Assembly (NCBI GenBank): GCA_031284165.1 | Contig: JAITAK010000028.1 | Span: forward strand, 1-40,132 | DNA: 40,132 nucleotides | Reading direction: 5' to 3' | Source: Puniceicoccales bacterium | Lineage (GTDB): Bacteria; Verrucomicrobiota; Verrucomicrobiia; Opitutales; LL51 | Shown here: in pieces, positions 1 through 7,963 of the stretch | Layout of the letters: each line of letters begins with the position of its first letter | How positions within the stretch are numbered: position 1 is the stretch's first letter | Notes under the pieces: model-generated | Databases searched by the model: none | The model's input: only the letters and a program-made list of their open reading frames with translations | What the model was told of the DNA's origin: nothing | Made by a program: the position numbers and the translations under genes

Positions 1-563
1 CCTGATTTTCCTTCCACGGCGGCTAAAGCAGAACCGCGGATCACCGTGATATTATCGCCATCGAATTCATATTTTGTCAACAAATCGCGTACTTCCATTT
101 CGACGAGATCGAGCAATTCTGCTTCCGACTCATTAAACAGATCGACCTTATTTAAAAAGACCACAATCTTTGGAACGCCGACTTGTCGTGCCAAGAGAAT
201 ATGCTCGCGGGTTTGAGGCATAGGTCCATCATAGGCACTCACCACCAAAATCGCTCCATCCATCTGTGCCGCACCCGTGATCATATTTTTAACAAAATCC
301 GCATGTCCTGGACAATCGACATGGGCATAATGACGCTTAGCAGTCTCATACTCAACATGAGAAACGGCAATGGTGACCGTTTTTGTCACATCGCGTACCG
401 TTCCTCCTTTCGTAATATCGGCATAGGATTTAAATTCCGCTAATTTCCTATCGGACTGCACTTTTACCAACGCCGTCGTGAGTGTGGATTTACCGTGGTC
501 AACGTGACCAATAGTACCCACATTAATATGAGGTTTCTTTCTCGCAAAGGTTTCTTTTGCCAT
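1..563 (-). CDS. tuf: Elongation factor Tu, N-terminal GTPase part (gene continues beyond window start)
   Basis: The frame runs off the window edge, so it is absent from the ORF track. Reverse translation from ATG 563-561 reads [29 protein letters not shown]...DCPGHADF...NKVD (G1, G3 and G4 motifs, typical EF-Tu N-terminus). Confidence 0.95.
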   Translation of the reverse strand, partial: MAKETFARKKPHINVGTIGHVDHGKSTLTTALVKVQSDRKLAEFKSYADITKGGTVRDVTKTVTIAVSHVEYETAKRHYAHVDCPGHADFVKNMITGAAQMDGAILVVSAYDGPMPQTREHILLARQVGVPKIVVFLNKVDLFNESEAELLDLVEMEVRDLLTKYEFDGDNITVIRGSALAAVEGKS

Positions 564-641
564 TAATTATTCCCTTTTCCTTAAAATTCAAAAAAACTAT
601 ATTCTTCTCTAAGATTCTTCCTTATAAAGTCTCTTTATCTA

Positions 642-717
<76 letters not shown>

Positions 718-919
718 CCGACAGCATCGAGATCCATTACGAGAGTTACCATATGATACCTCCCGACCTAGGAAATTTGCAAATTGTACCCTATATGGTC
801 AATCTTTATTTTTGTATTTAGTCTATTTTTTTATCTTCTAGTTTTTTAGCGCTATTCCTCCGTTAAATTTTCGCTGAAAATGACATGGGCCCTTACGTTT
901 TGCCTCCCACATTGCTCAA

Positions 920-1104
920 GCGACGACTCTCTTTCTTTTCTATAGCCTATGGCGAAGTGGTGTTCGTCGGGCACGTACTGCGCGTAGCGCGTATGCGCGT
1001 ATTATACATAGCGCGTATTGCATGTATTGGATATATATGAGACACATATTGGATGCATATTGGATAACTTCGCTGTTAAAACAGGCTAAATTAAGGAGTC
1101 GTCA
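920..1104. repeat. Nested inverted repeats enclosing tandem GCGCGTA (x4) and (C/G)ATATTGGAT (x3) motifs
   Basis: GACGACTC 922-929 pairs with GAGTCGTC 1097-1104, and GCGAAGT 952-958 pairs with ACTTCGC 1067-1073. GCGCGTA occurs at 980, 987, 995 and 1011. TATTGGAT-type repeats occur at 1024-1032, 1045-1054 and 1056-1065. No ORF covers the region. Confidence 0.7.
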
Positions 1105-1227
1105 GCGCCTTGCAAGGCCCGAATGGAACCTCAGCATCGCCCCAACATCATAAACTTAAGGCCAGGAAAACCACGACCTTATTTGACTTGTATTTTTTTA
1201 GAATCTTGATTTCTTGAGGGGCGTAAT

Positions 1228-1851
1228 ATGTCGATTTTATCATGGAAATTTTTATTGTTAGGCCATGGTTTAATGGGACTGATAGGAATTGCGGGATGTA
1301 TTGGGCTTATTTTAACTATAGAGCGCCTCTTATTTTTTAAGCGGTTTAATAGCGATGCAACTGTTTTTTTAGATGGCATTCGCAATTTGACCCACAATCA
1401 TAAAATTACGGAAGCTATTGACCTCTGCGAATGTGAAGGATCGCCAGTGGCCAATGTTGTTCGGACAGCGCTTTTAGATCGAGATCTTCCTTCTTTGGCA
1501 TTAAAAGCGCATGTGAAATCGGTAGCTCTATTAGAAATCCCGCGCTGTGAACAGCGCGTATCCCCTTTGAGAACTATTGCAAAAATTTCACCGATTTTAG
1601 GACTTATGGGGGTTATTTTAGCTTTCTTCGACGCATTTCGCAGTTTGCAAAACGAAGGCGTCAATTATACCAGTGCCCGTATTTTTTCCGAAGAAATTAC
1701 AGCGGCAATGCTATTAATCGTTGTGAGCTTGGCTATAAGCGTATTTTCAAATTTGGCCTATAATTTCCTTTACAGCAAAGTTAAGGAGATGATTTATCAA
1801 TTGGAATGGACATATAATGAAATCGTACAAATTATACTCTCTAAAAAATAA
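1228..1851 (+). CDS. MotA/TolQ/ExbB-family proton-channel protein
   Basis: 207 aa with three predicted TM segments. The C-terminal core SPILGLMGVILAFFDAF resembles the ExbB/TolQ signature. A GAGGGG Shine-Dalgarno lies 7 nt upstream of the ATG. An ExbD-like gene follows 6 nt later. Confidence 0.8.
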   Translation: MSILSWKFLLLGHGLMGLIGIAGCIGLILTIERLLFFKRFNSDATVFLDGIRNLTHNHKITEAIDLCECEGSPVANVVRTALLDRDLPSLALKAHVKSVALLEIPRCEQRVSPLRTIAKISPILGLMGVILAFFDAFRSLQNEGVNYTSARIFSEEITAAMLLIVVSLAISVFSNLAYNFLYSKVKEMIYQLEWTYNEIVQIILSKK

Positions 1852-1857
1852 TGCTTT

Positions 1858-2277
1858 ATGGCCCTTTGCGAATTTCAATCCCATCGCACTTTGGAAAAAC
1901 CGGATACCCAATTCGATACAAGTGCAATTGTAGCCGTTGTATTATTTATTTTCGGTTTATCACTTCTTGGATCTCGTTTTGTTTTTTCTCCAGGCATTGA
2001 GATGCAAATCCCGAAGATACAAAATGTCGACTTACAAGCAACCTCGGGAGTTTTAAACATCGGTCCTAGCGGTCTACTGATGTTTAATAATCGCATTTTA
2101 AAACTAGAAGAGCTTTCGGAAGAGATCGAAATTTTTCTGTCCCATAAAAAACTTCCTGAAGCGATCACTCTACTCATTTGCATCGATCGATCGGTCCCTT
2201 TTGGCCTTGTTGCTAAAGTCGTCGATACGCTCAAAACCGGAGGTTGCGCACACATTCAAATTGCCTGTGATCAGTAG
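1858..2277 (+). CDS. ExbD/TolR-family biopolymer transport protein
   Basis: 139 aa with a single N-terminal TM (IVAVVLFIFGLSLLG). The C-terminal block ITLLICIDRSVPFGLVAKVVDTLKTGG is typical of ExbD/TolR. The gene is tightly linked to the ExbB-like gene. Confidence 0.75.
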   Translation: MALCEFQSHRTLEKPDTQFDTSAIVAVVLFIFGLSLLGSRFVFSPGIEMQIPKIQNVDLQATSGVLNIGPSGLLMFNNRILKLEELSEEIEIFLSHKKLPEAITLLICIDRSVPFGLVAKVVDTLKTGGCAHIQIACDQ

Positions 2278-2471
2278 AGGAAAAGGTCGATTTAAATTTT
2301 AGATCTATTGAGCAGAATAGCATGTGACCGTTCCGTCTTCTCGTAGCTATAAAAAAGGTATAGGGGCATAAGGAAAGGAAATGAGGTTGCTGTTGCGTGA
2401 ATATTTTAAGCGTAAGGCGCGTGAAAGAGGAATCTTACTTGACGAAAGCCTATTTTTTGATTCCTGGAATC

Positions 2472-2873
2472 ATGGTAAGTACAAATAATAAAATTAAGGA
2501 AATCGTCCGCGGACGATTTTATGTAGACGATCAGTGTATTGATTGTGATATGTGCCGAAACTTAGCTCCTGATTTTTTCGCTGCTGCTAAAGAAGGAGGT
2601 TCCATTATATTGAAACAACCTTTCACAGAAGAAGAAATTGAGCTTTGTATGGAGGCGATGGATAACTGTCCTGTTAACGCCATTGGCAATAATAGCGGAG
2701 AAAGTGGCGAGGATAGCGAGGATAGCGAGGATATTGAAACAGAAGAGGATGACGAGGAATGGGAAGATGATGAAGATGAAGATGAAGACGAAGATGAAGA
2801 CGAAGACGAAGCGATCGACGTCAAAGGAGAACGTCAAAGAAGTTCGCTACTTTCCAATAAGGTAGGCAATTGA
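2472..2873 (+). CDS. Small 4Fe-4S ferredoxin with a poly-acidic C-terminal tail
   Basis: The cluster motif is CIDCDMC...CPVNAI (CxxCxxC...CP). The tail reads SGEDSEDSEDIETEEDDEEWEDDEDEDEDEDEDEDE. The ORF track starts at GTG 2397; I prefer the in-frame ATG 2472 (MVSTNNK...). The start is uncertain. Confidence 0.7.
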   Translation: MVSTNNKIKEIVRGRFYVDDQCIDCDMCRNLAPDFFAAAKEGGSIILKQPFTEEEIELCMEAMDNCPVNAIGNNSGESGEDSEDSEDIETEEDDEEWEDDEDEDEDEDEDEDEAIDVKGERQRSSLLSNKVGN

Positions 2874-2939
2874 TAATCTACAGAGACTCCGTCTCTATTC
2901 TAAACCTAGCGAGAAGTTGCCGACTTCCGATCTATTTCA

Positions 2940-2975
2940 ATGGTGAAGTGATACGCGCAAAGCGTACGCTTCTCC
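2940..2975. repeat. Copy of the ATGG-hairpin element (imperfect hairpin)
   Basis: ATGGTGAAGTGATACGCGCAAAGCGTACGCTTCTCC: 2942-2950 pairs with 2967-2975 (one mismatch, one G-T) and 2952-2956 pairs with 2962-2966. It aligns with ATGGCGGAATGACACGCGCGAAGCG at 32601. Confidence 0.55.
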
Positions 2976-3217
2976 GTCGTAGAAAAGCAAAGATATGTTG
3001 CGTATGCGACCTTATGGTTCCCAGAAGCTAGAATAAGTCCTACCAGTAAAGAGGTTCGGTGCTTCGCGCAGCGTCCTTATGCAGATCCAATGAACGTGGA
3101 GAAACCTTCTAATGAAATGAGGATCTAAATATACAAGCCCTTACCCGAAATTAGAGGCCTTAGGTCTCGTTTAAAAGGACATGTAGCCACGGTAGCCACG
3201 ATCTAAACCGCTCAGAC

Positions 3218-3457
3218 TCAAACCTCATCAGAAATCTTGAACGCTTGTGCTTTTTTAACAGTGCATTGGTGCATTAATGAGTCTTTCTTAGAGAGAAATT
3301 TGAAAAATTTCTTTTCCTTATAGGCATTAATCAATAGTGCCCACGGTAAATAAATCAGAAAAATCGGCACGCGGATAAGAAGGAAACGAATACCAATGCG
3401 ATAAAAATAGTACCCAAAGGTTTTGATTTTTTTTAATTTCTCACTAAAAGTGACCAT
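3218..3457 (-). CDS. Hypothetical small membrane protein
   Basis: 79-aa ORF lying 27 nt downstream of the LysM gene on the same strand. It has one hydrophobic stretch (FLLIRVPIFLIYLPWALLI). No recognisable motif; it may not be real. Confidence 0.3.
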   Translation of the reverse strand: MVTFSEKLKKIKTFGYYFYRIGIRFLLIRVPIFLIYLPWALLINAYKEKKFFKFLSKKDSLMHQCTVKKAQAFKISDEV

Positions 3458-3484
3458 GATACGGACTTTTATGGGATGAATAGG

Positions 3485-4150
3485 TTAATTTCCCTGAGGA
3501 ATAAAAAGCATTTGTCCTGCAGTGAGTCGATTTTCGTCGATGATAAAATTTAAATTTTTGATCGCTTCTCGGGAAACTTTATGTTTTATCGCTATAGCAT
3601 CCAAAGTTTCACCTAGCCTCACTTCGTAAGCAATGCCTTCCGGTTGTTTCGTTAACGTATTGATGATCGCTGCAGATCGTTGTTGCGCATCTAAAACGAC
3701 AATAATGCGATTAAAAACATTCTGTAATTTTTCAGAAAGTCCATTAATTTCTTTTGAAAAAGCCGAAGATAAAGTATTGACGCGTTGATCGACGAAATCC
3801 TTAGGATCATTTTTTTGGATGACGTCCTTAACAATTTTTTCAATCTTGGCTATAGATTCTTCGTCGATTACACAAGCGTTGGGTTTCGATTTTATAGCAT
3901 CAACATCACTTTGTAATCGACGGAGTTCCGCGGTTAAATGATCAACTTCACTGTGCAATACTTTAACTTCTTCAAGCAATGGGTTCGACAATTCCTGAAT
4001 ATTTGGGGCAAGTGATCCGCTTTTTGTCGTCCCTTGGATTTCTTTAGATGATGACGTACTCCTTGTAGGTTTTGCCCATATCACCAACCCCCATAAAAAT
4101 AGTATGCTAAAAATTATCCTGCGCAACATCGCTTTTTGACCGAACTCCAT
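3485..4150 (-). CDS. LysM domain-containing membrane-anchored coiled-coil protein
   Basis: C-terminal LysM-like block YEVRLGETLDAIAIKHKVSREAIKNLN...LTAGQMLFIP. N-terminal anchor MLRRIIFSILFLWGLVIWA. The start is ambiguous (GTG 4192, ATG 4150 or ATG 4129). Confidence 0.7.
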   Translation of the reverse strand: MEFGQKAMLRRIIFSILFLWGLVIWAKPTRSTSSSKEIQGTTKSGSLAPNIQELSNPLLEEVKVLHSEVDHLTAELRRLQSDVDAIKSKPNACVIDEESIAKIEKIVKDVIQKNDPKDFVDQRVNTLSSAFSKEINGLSEKLQNVFNRIIVVLDAQQRSAAIINTLTKQPEGIAYEVRLGETLDAIAIKHKVSREAIKNLNFIIDENRLTAGQMLFIPQGN

Positions 4151-4273
4151 AGTTGCATAAGTGTATTTTTTGTCAATAGTTTTGACGATCACTCCTTCAT
4201 GGTTCGCGATTAGGAAAAAGTGATTTTATAACTCCAGTTCACTGCATCAAACGTAGGAAGTAATGGCGCTTTT

Positions 4274-4915
4274 TTAGCGAAATAGGATTTTACCTAATTT
4301 CCAAAACCATCCTAAAACCCAATGATTGGCTATGGAAAAATAGTAAGCAAAAAAGGTCGAATTGATGATGACTAATAGCAAAAGACTGCCTATACGTGAA
4401 AGTTCAATGAAAGTTTCTTCCTTCATTCCTGTAAATACTTTTAAAATATGAAAGCCATCCAAAGGAGGAATGGGGATTAAATTAAATAGCCCTAATGAAA
4501 CACTGACCGACGATCCAATAATGCATAAATTGCATAGAGAAGTGCTATATTTCTTGATAGCTAAAGCTAAGAGCAAAACCAATAAACCAAGGACAAGATT
4601 GCAGAGGGGTCCCATGAGGAAAGAAATGATTTCTCCTAGTCGAGGATGTTTAAAATGATTCGTATTTATCGCGACGGGATTCCCCCAGCCCACAACCATA
4701 AAGCCCGGGATAAAGATAATCATTAACAAAGGAATGATGACCGTTCCAAATAAATTGATATGAGCCAAAGGGTTTAACGTGAGTCGTCCTTCTAAGATAG
4801 GCGTATTATCACCCAGTTTACAGGCAGACCATGCATGTCCCCACTCGTGAATCGTTAATGCCAGCAAAAACCACAAATAATAAGTAAAAATTCCCTGTAA
4901 ATCATGAAAATCCAT
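4274..4915 (-). CDS. Site-2 protease (M50) family membrane metalloprotease
   Basis: HEWGHAW zinc motif in the first TM region, a later NLIPIPPLDG motif, and a polytopic hydrophobic profile. Confidence 0.8.
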   Translation of the reverse strand: MDFHDLQGIFTYYLWFLLALTIHEWGHAWSACKLGDNTPILEGRLTLNPLAHINLFGTVIIPLLMIIFIPGFMVVGWGNPVAINTNHFKHPRLGEIISFLMGPLCNLVLGLLVLLLALAIKKYSTSLCNLCIIGSSVSVSLGLFNLIPIPPLDGFHILKVFTGMKEETFIELSRIGSLLLLVIINSTFFAYYFSIANHWVLGWFWKLGKILFR

Positions 4916-5032
4916 TGCAATAGTAAGAGCATACTTAAGGAATGTGTCCCTTTGTAAAGTTTATACTCCTTTTTTTGCAGGTTCTATGGGCATTTAGCCA
5001 TAGCGATTCCCCAAAATTTGTCTTATCAATCC

Positions 5033-5581
5033 CTAATTCCATTTGGGATCTTCGGGGAAATCATTAAGGAGCATAATCCCTGGATTCGTTTTTTCGACAA
5101 TGGAATACCATAGGGCATCGCCGCGTTCTTTAATGCCGAAGATATTCCCTACCTTGACCGGATACCACCAACCGTTCAAAATTTCCGCGATCAGTTGGAA
5201 GGGTCCCCAACTCACATGACCCAAGAATGACCGAATTTGTATATCATTGGTGATGTAATCCAAAGCAGCTACATCAGCCTCACGCAAATTGTAGCGCAAC
5301 TCAAAATAGCGATCATTTTTATGCCACATCCATGCAGAAATCGTTAATTCCTCTGCATTCACTGGACCACCGTGATAGATGGGCGAATTTAAAATCCCGG
5401 GATCTCTATATTCCGTTCCATAGTTATCGACCCATCGATTCACCGGACGATTAAGAATGATCCCCATAGCTCCTAGACTATTACAGGATGTCAAAAATAT
5501 TACCGTATGAGCAAATGTTTTATCGCGTAGCTTTGGCGTCGCAATTAACAGTTTCCCCATTAAATTTACTGGACTTTCCAT
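5033..5581 (-). CDS. YqgE/AlgH (UPF0301) family protein
   Basis: GKLLIATPKLRDKTFAHTVIFLTSCNSLGAMGIILNRP matches the family N-terminal signature. The ORF track start 5689 adds an implausible hydrophobic extension. ATG 5581 has GGAG 5 nt upstream; ATG 5593 is an alternative. Confidence 0.75.
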   Translation of the reverse strand: MESPVNLMGKLLIATPKLRDKTFAHTVIFLTSCNSLGAMGIILNRPVNRWVDNYGTEYRDPGILNSPIYHGGPVNAEELTISAWMWHKNDRYFELRYNLREADVAALDYITNDIQIRSFLGHVSWGPFQLIAEILNGWWYPVKVGNIFGIKERGDALWYSIVEKTNPGIMLLNDFPEDPKWN

Positions 5582-5727
5582 ATATTCTCCCATTTTGTTG
5601 ACTTTTCTATACAAATACTTACCAATGCTATTGAAAGTGATTTTCACACCTATTGCGTAGCAGTAGCGCCAAAAATAAAATAGAAACACGATAAAAATCT
5701 CTTTTCGGGAGGGATCCCAGAAGGGAA

Positions 5728-6714
5728 TTAGGTGAAACTATACTTCTTGTACGCATCGTGTAATCGCAATAACCCTAGAGCGCAGTGAGTTTCATCGACT
5801 ACAGGTAAAACATAAACCGGAGAATCCGAAGATTCCATAATGTTTAATGCTTCTCCCAGAAGTACTGAAGATCCTACAGTTCTTGGAATATTCGTCATTA
5901 TATCTTTTGCGAAAATTTTATCAATAGATTTGTTGATTTTTAATGCGCGACGGATATCACCTTCTGTAATTAAGCCCTCTAGCCTTCGATTTTTATCTAA
6001 AACTAACGCGCCTCCCAGGGGTTTCTCCGTCATCAAAATCACGATTTCTCGTAGGGTTTCATTTCCATTGAGGCAGGCGACACCTTCCAAGGGGGTCATC
6101 ATATCGCCTACGGATAGGAGTAAGTTGCGGCCGATTTGCCCTGCAGGATGAATCATCGCAAAATCCTTCTGTGTAAATCCCTTCGCACACATCAATGCAC
6201 AGGCAATGGCGTCGCCTGCAGCGAGAAAAGCGACAGCACTGGTCGTTGGCACTATTTTCAAAGGATCATTTTCTTCGTGGCAACCGATGTCGATGGTCAC
6301 ATCTGCATTTTTAGCCAATTCGGAATGTCCGTTCGCTGTTAGTGCAATAATTTTCGAATGCAGTTGTTTGAGCATAGGAATTAAACGGAGAATTTCTTCG
6401 CTGGCGCCACTTTTGGAAAGGATTAGTGAAGGATCCCCTTTTTCATAAATTCCTAAATCACCATGTAGCGCCTCGGCAGGATGCAGATAGATTGCCCGCG
6501 TTCCTGTACTTGTCAATGTCGCCGCAATTTTTTGGGCGATATATCCTGACTTACCTATACCTGAGATAATGATGTGTCCCCGATGGGAAAGTAAAATGTC
6601 TAAAGCGTTGATCAAGGATGCTTTAATCGTCTGTCGTAAATAATGAATCACTGCCTCTTCGCTTTGCAATACAGCTTCTGCCGCAGTTATAGCTTTATCC
6701 ATAAGATCATTCAT
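5728..6714 (-). CDS. kdsD: Arabinose-5-phosphate isomerase (KpsF/GutQ/KdsD family; SIS plus two CBS domains)
   Basis: SIS motif ISGIGKSGYIAQKIAATL, followed by a tandem CBS region (VGDMMTP..., AKDIMTN...). The 328-aa length is typical. Confidence 0.85.
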   Translation of the reverse strand: MNDLMDKAITAAEAVLQSEEAVIHYLRQTIKASLINALDILLSHRGHIIISGIGKSGYIAQKIAATLTSTGTRAIYLHPAEALHGDLGIYEKGDPSLILSKSGASEEILRLIPMLKQLHSKIIALTANGHSELAKNADVTIDIGCHEENDPLKIVPTTSAVAFLAAGDAIACALMCAKGFTQKDFAMIHPAGQIGRNLLLSVGDMMTPLEGVACLNGNETLREIVILMTEKPLGGALVLDKNRRLEGLITEGDIRRALKINKSIDKIFAKDIMTNIPRTVGSSVLLGEALNIMESSDSPVYVLPVVDETHCALGLLRLHDAYKKYSFT

Positions 6715-6878
6715 AAATCGCTCCCTTTATGTTTTATGAGCGAGAACGCAAATTTTTTCCATTTTTCCACAAAGAAAGATTTTTTTAGTTCATCTGTACT
6801 CTGGTCGTCAACTTCGAGATTCACGGTTTTAAATTTATCTTGAAATTTTCAATATTTTCTTAAGAATTAAATTTAATT

Positions 6879-7637
6879 ATGCATACGCTTTCGAAATTGC
6901 TATTTTTATGCACATTAGGCATCTTAACGTTAGAAATTCCATCTTCTGTGGGATCATCTCAAAATCAAAGCTATTTAGCGACATTTGAGGAAAAAAAATA
7001 CAGAGGAATCCGATTTATGCTTTCGCAAGAGGGTATCCAGCAATCAGCTTTTTGCGAAATTTTGAAAAAAGTAGAGGCAATTTTTGACGTTGATTTACAA
7101 GATGCGTATTCTCATGATATTAATTTATTTACGAACCATGGCAATTTTCACCGCATTATTGTACAGCACAGAGATGCTTTTTCTTTCATCGACTACTTGA
7201 TCGTTGACCCGATGAACGAACGCAATGACAACATACACAACAAAGCATGTAGGGAAGTATTTAAGGCGTACTCAAACGAGCAAAAGTTTTTTTCAATAAT
7301 GTTGCATGACGATGCATTTACGTTTCTATGGAACGCAATTGTATCGGAAAAAGATCATAAGGGCAAAAAAAATGCTTATACAAAAACATCATACGCTAAT
7401 CAATCCGACGCTCAACTACAAAAAGATAAATATAAATTGATTCTCAAAATCACTACGATTGCTAGCCCATTCATTGTTCATATACTTTCAAGGTATTTAG
7501 CTTACAAAGAACTTATGGGAAGCCTTTTACTACGCGTAGAACACTTTATCAAAAACGTATTGCCTATAAGTAACAGTAATGTCTGTGGTTTATTTCAAAA
7601 TCTCTACCAACTCGGCAAGTTCTTCATCAAAAAGTAG
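6879..7637 (+). CDS. Hypothetical exported protein
   Basis: 252-aa ORF with a signal-peptide-like N-terminus (MHTLSKLLFLCTLGILTLEIPSS). No recognisable domain. Confidence 0.5.
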   Translation: MHTLSKLLFLCTLGILTLEIPSSVGSSQNQSYLATFEEKKYRGIRFMLSQEGIQQSAFCEILKKVEAIFDVDLQDAYSHDINLFTNHGNFHRIIVQHRDAFSFIDYLIVDPMNERNDNIHNKACREVFKAYSNEQKFFSIMLHDDAFTFLWNAIVSEKDHKGKKNAYTKTSYANQSDAQLQKDKYKLILKITTIASPFIVHILSRYLAYKELMGSLLLRVEHFIKNVLPISNSNVCGLFQNLYQLGKFFIKK

Positions 7638-7646
7638 GTCTATGGG

Positions 7647-7719
7647 TGCGAGCGAAGGGGTTCGAACCCTCAACATCCACCTTGGCAAGGTGGCACTCTG
7701 CCTATTGAGTTACGCTCGC
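7647..7719 (-). tRNA. tRNA-Gly (anticodon GCC)
   Basis: The reverse complement GCGAGCGTAACTCAATAGGCAGAGTGCCACCTTGCCAAGGTGGATGTTGAGGGTTCGAACCCCTTCGCTCGCA folds as a cloverleaf. Anticodon stem CCACC/GGTGG with loop TTGCCAA; T-loop TTCGAAC; CCA not encoded. Confidence 0.9.
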
Positions 7720-7963
7720 AGTCGCAGACATTTACCATCTTGATCCCGGTTTTTCAGTCAAGAGAAAACTTTAAAATTGCTTCTAAAAGTAGTCCTGGCC
7801 AATGCATCCCAAAGCATTCATCTCCCTGGGTAATTTGATGATCACTTCTGCAAAGCGATTTCAAATTATTACTTAAAAATAGGTAAAATTAATGCTTCAT
7901 CCTTCGGCGATAATTTTTGAAGTTGACAGCGACAATGAATACTAAAAGAATGGCCACATTTCT

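Noticed and set aside
183-443. 86-aa plus-strand ORF inside the tuf region. Similar antisense or out-of-frame ORFs occur inside well-supported genes (for example 1875-2255, 12743-13144, 33142-33498, 39149-39541, 15526-15843, 22995-23327, 28959-29273).
   Set aside because: Each lies wholly within a gene on the opposite strand or another frame whose product carries unmistakable family motifs. Their translations are low-complexity or Arg/Ser/Cys-rich with no motifs.
2531-2837. Minus-strand ORFs encoding poly-Ser (97 aa) and Phe/Ile-rich (91 aa) products.
   Set aside because: They are mirror images of the GAAGAY/GAGGATAGC repeats that encode the acidic tail of the ferredoxin. They are artefacts of a repeat with no stop codons in several frames.
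2883-2897. Hairpin AGAGAC-TCC-GTCTCT right after the ferredoxin stop, as a rho-independent terminator.
   Set aside because: The stem is only 6 bp with a 3-nt loop, and the following sequence (ATTCTAAA) is not a proper U-tract. This is too weak to annotate.
2880-3217. Whether the long spacer encodes RNase P RNA, tmRNA, SRP RNA or 6S RNA.
   Set aside because: By eye I found no GAGGAAAGTCC-type RNase P core, no tRNA-like acceptor/T-arm with a tag ORF, and no SRP domain IV motif. This cannot be excluded without a covariance-model scan.
5582-5689. N-terminal extensions given by the ORF track. Examples: AlgH-like to 5689, Nif3-like to 33531, pilin C to 12161, M23 from 8784, tyrS to 28248, adk-like to 30388.
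   Set aside because: The extensions use TTG/GTG or distant ATG codons and add sequence with no family counterpart. Some would nearly abolish the divergent promoter spacers. Internal ATGs give canonical protein lengths. The starts remain unverified.
6879-7719. Whether tRNA-Gly marks a genomic-island integration site, with the adjacent hypothetical gene 6879-7637 as cargo.
   Set aside because: No integrase is present, and I found no direct repeat of the tRNA 3' end flanking the gene. Only one orphan gene is involved.
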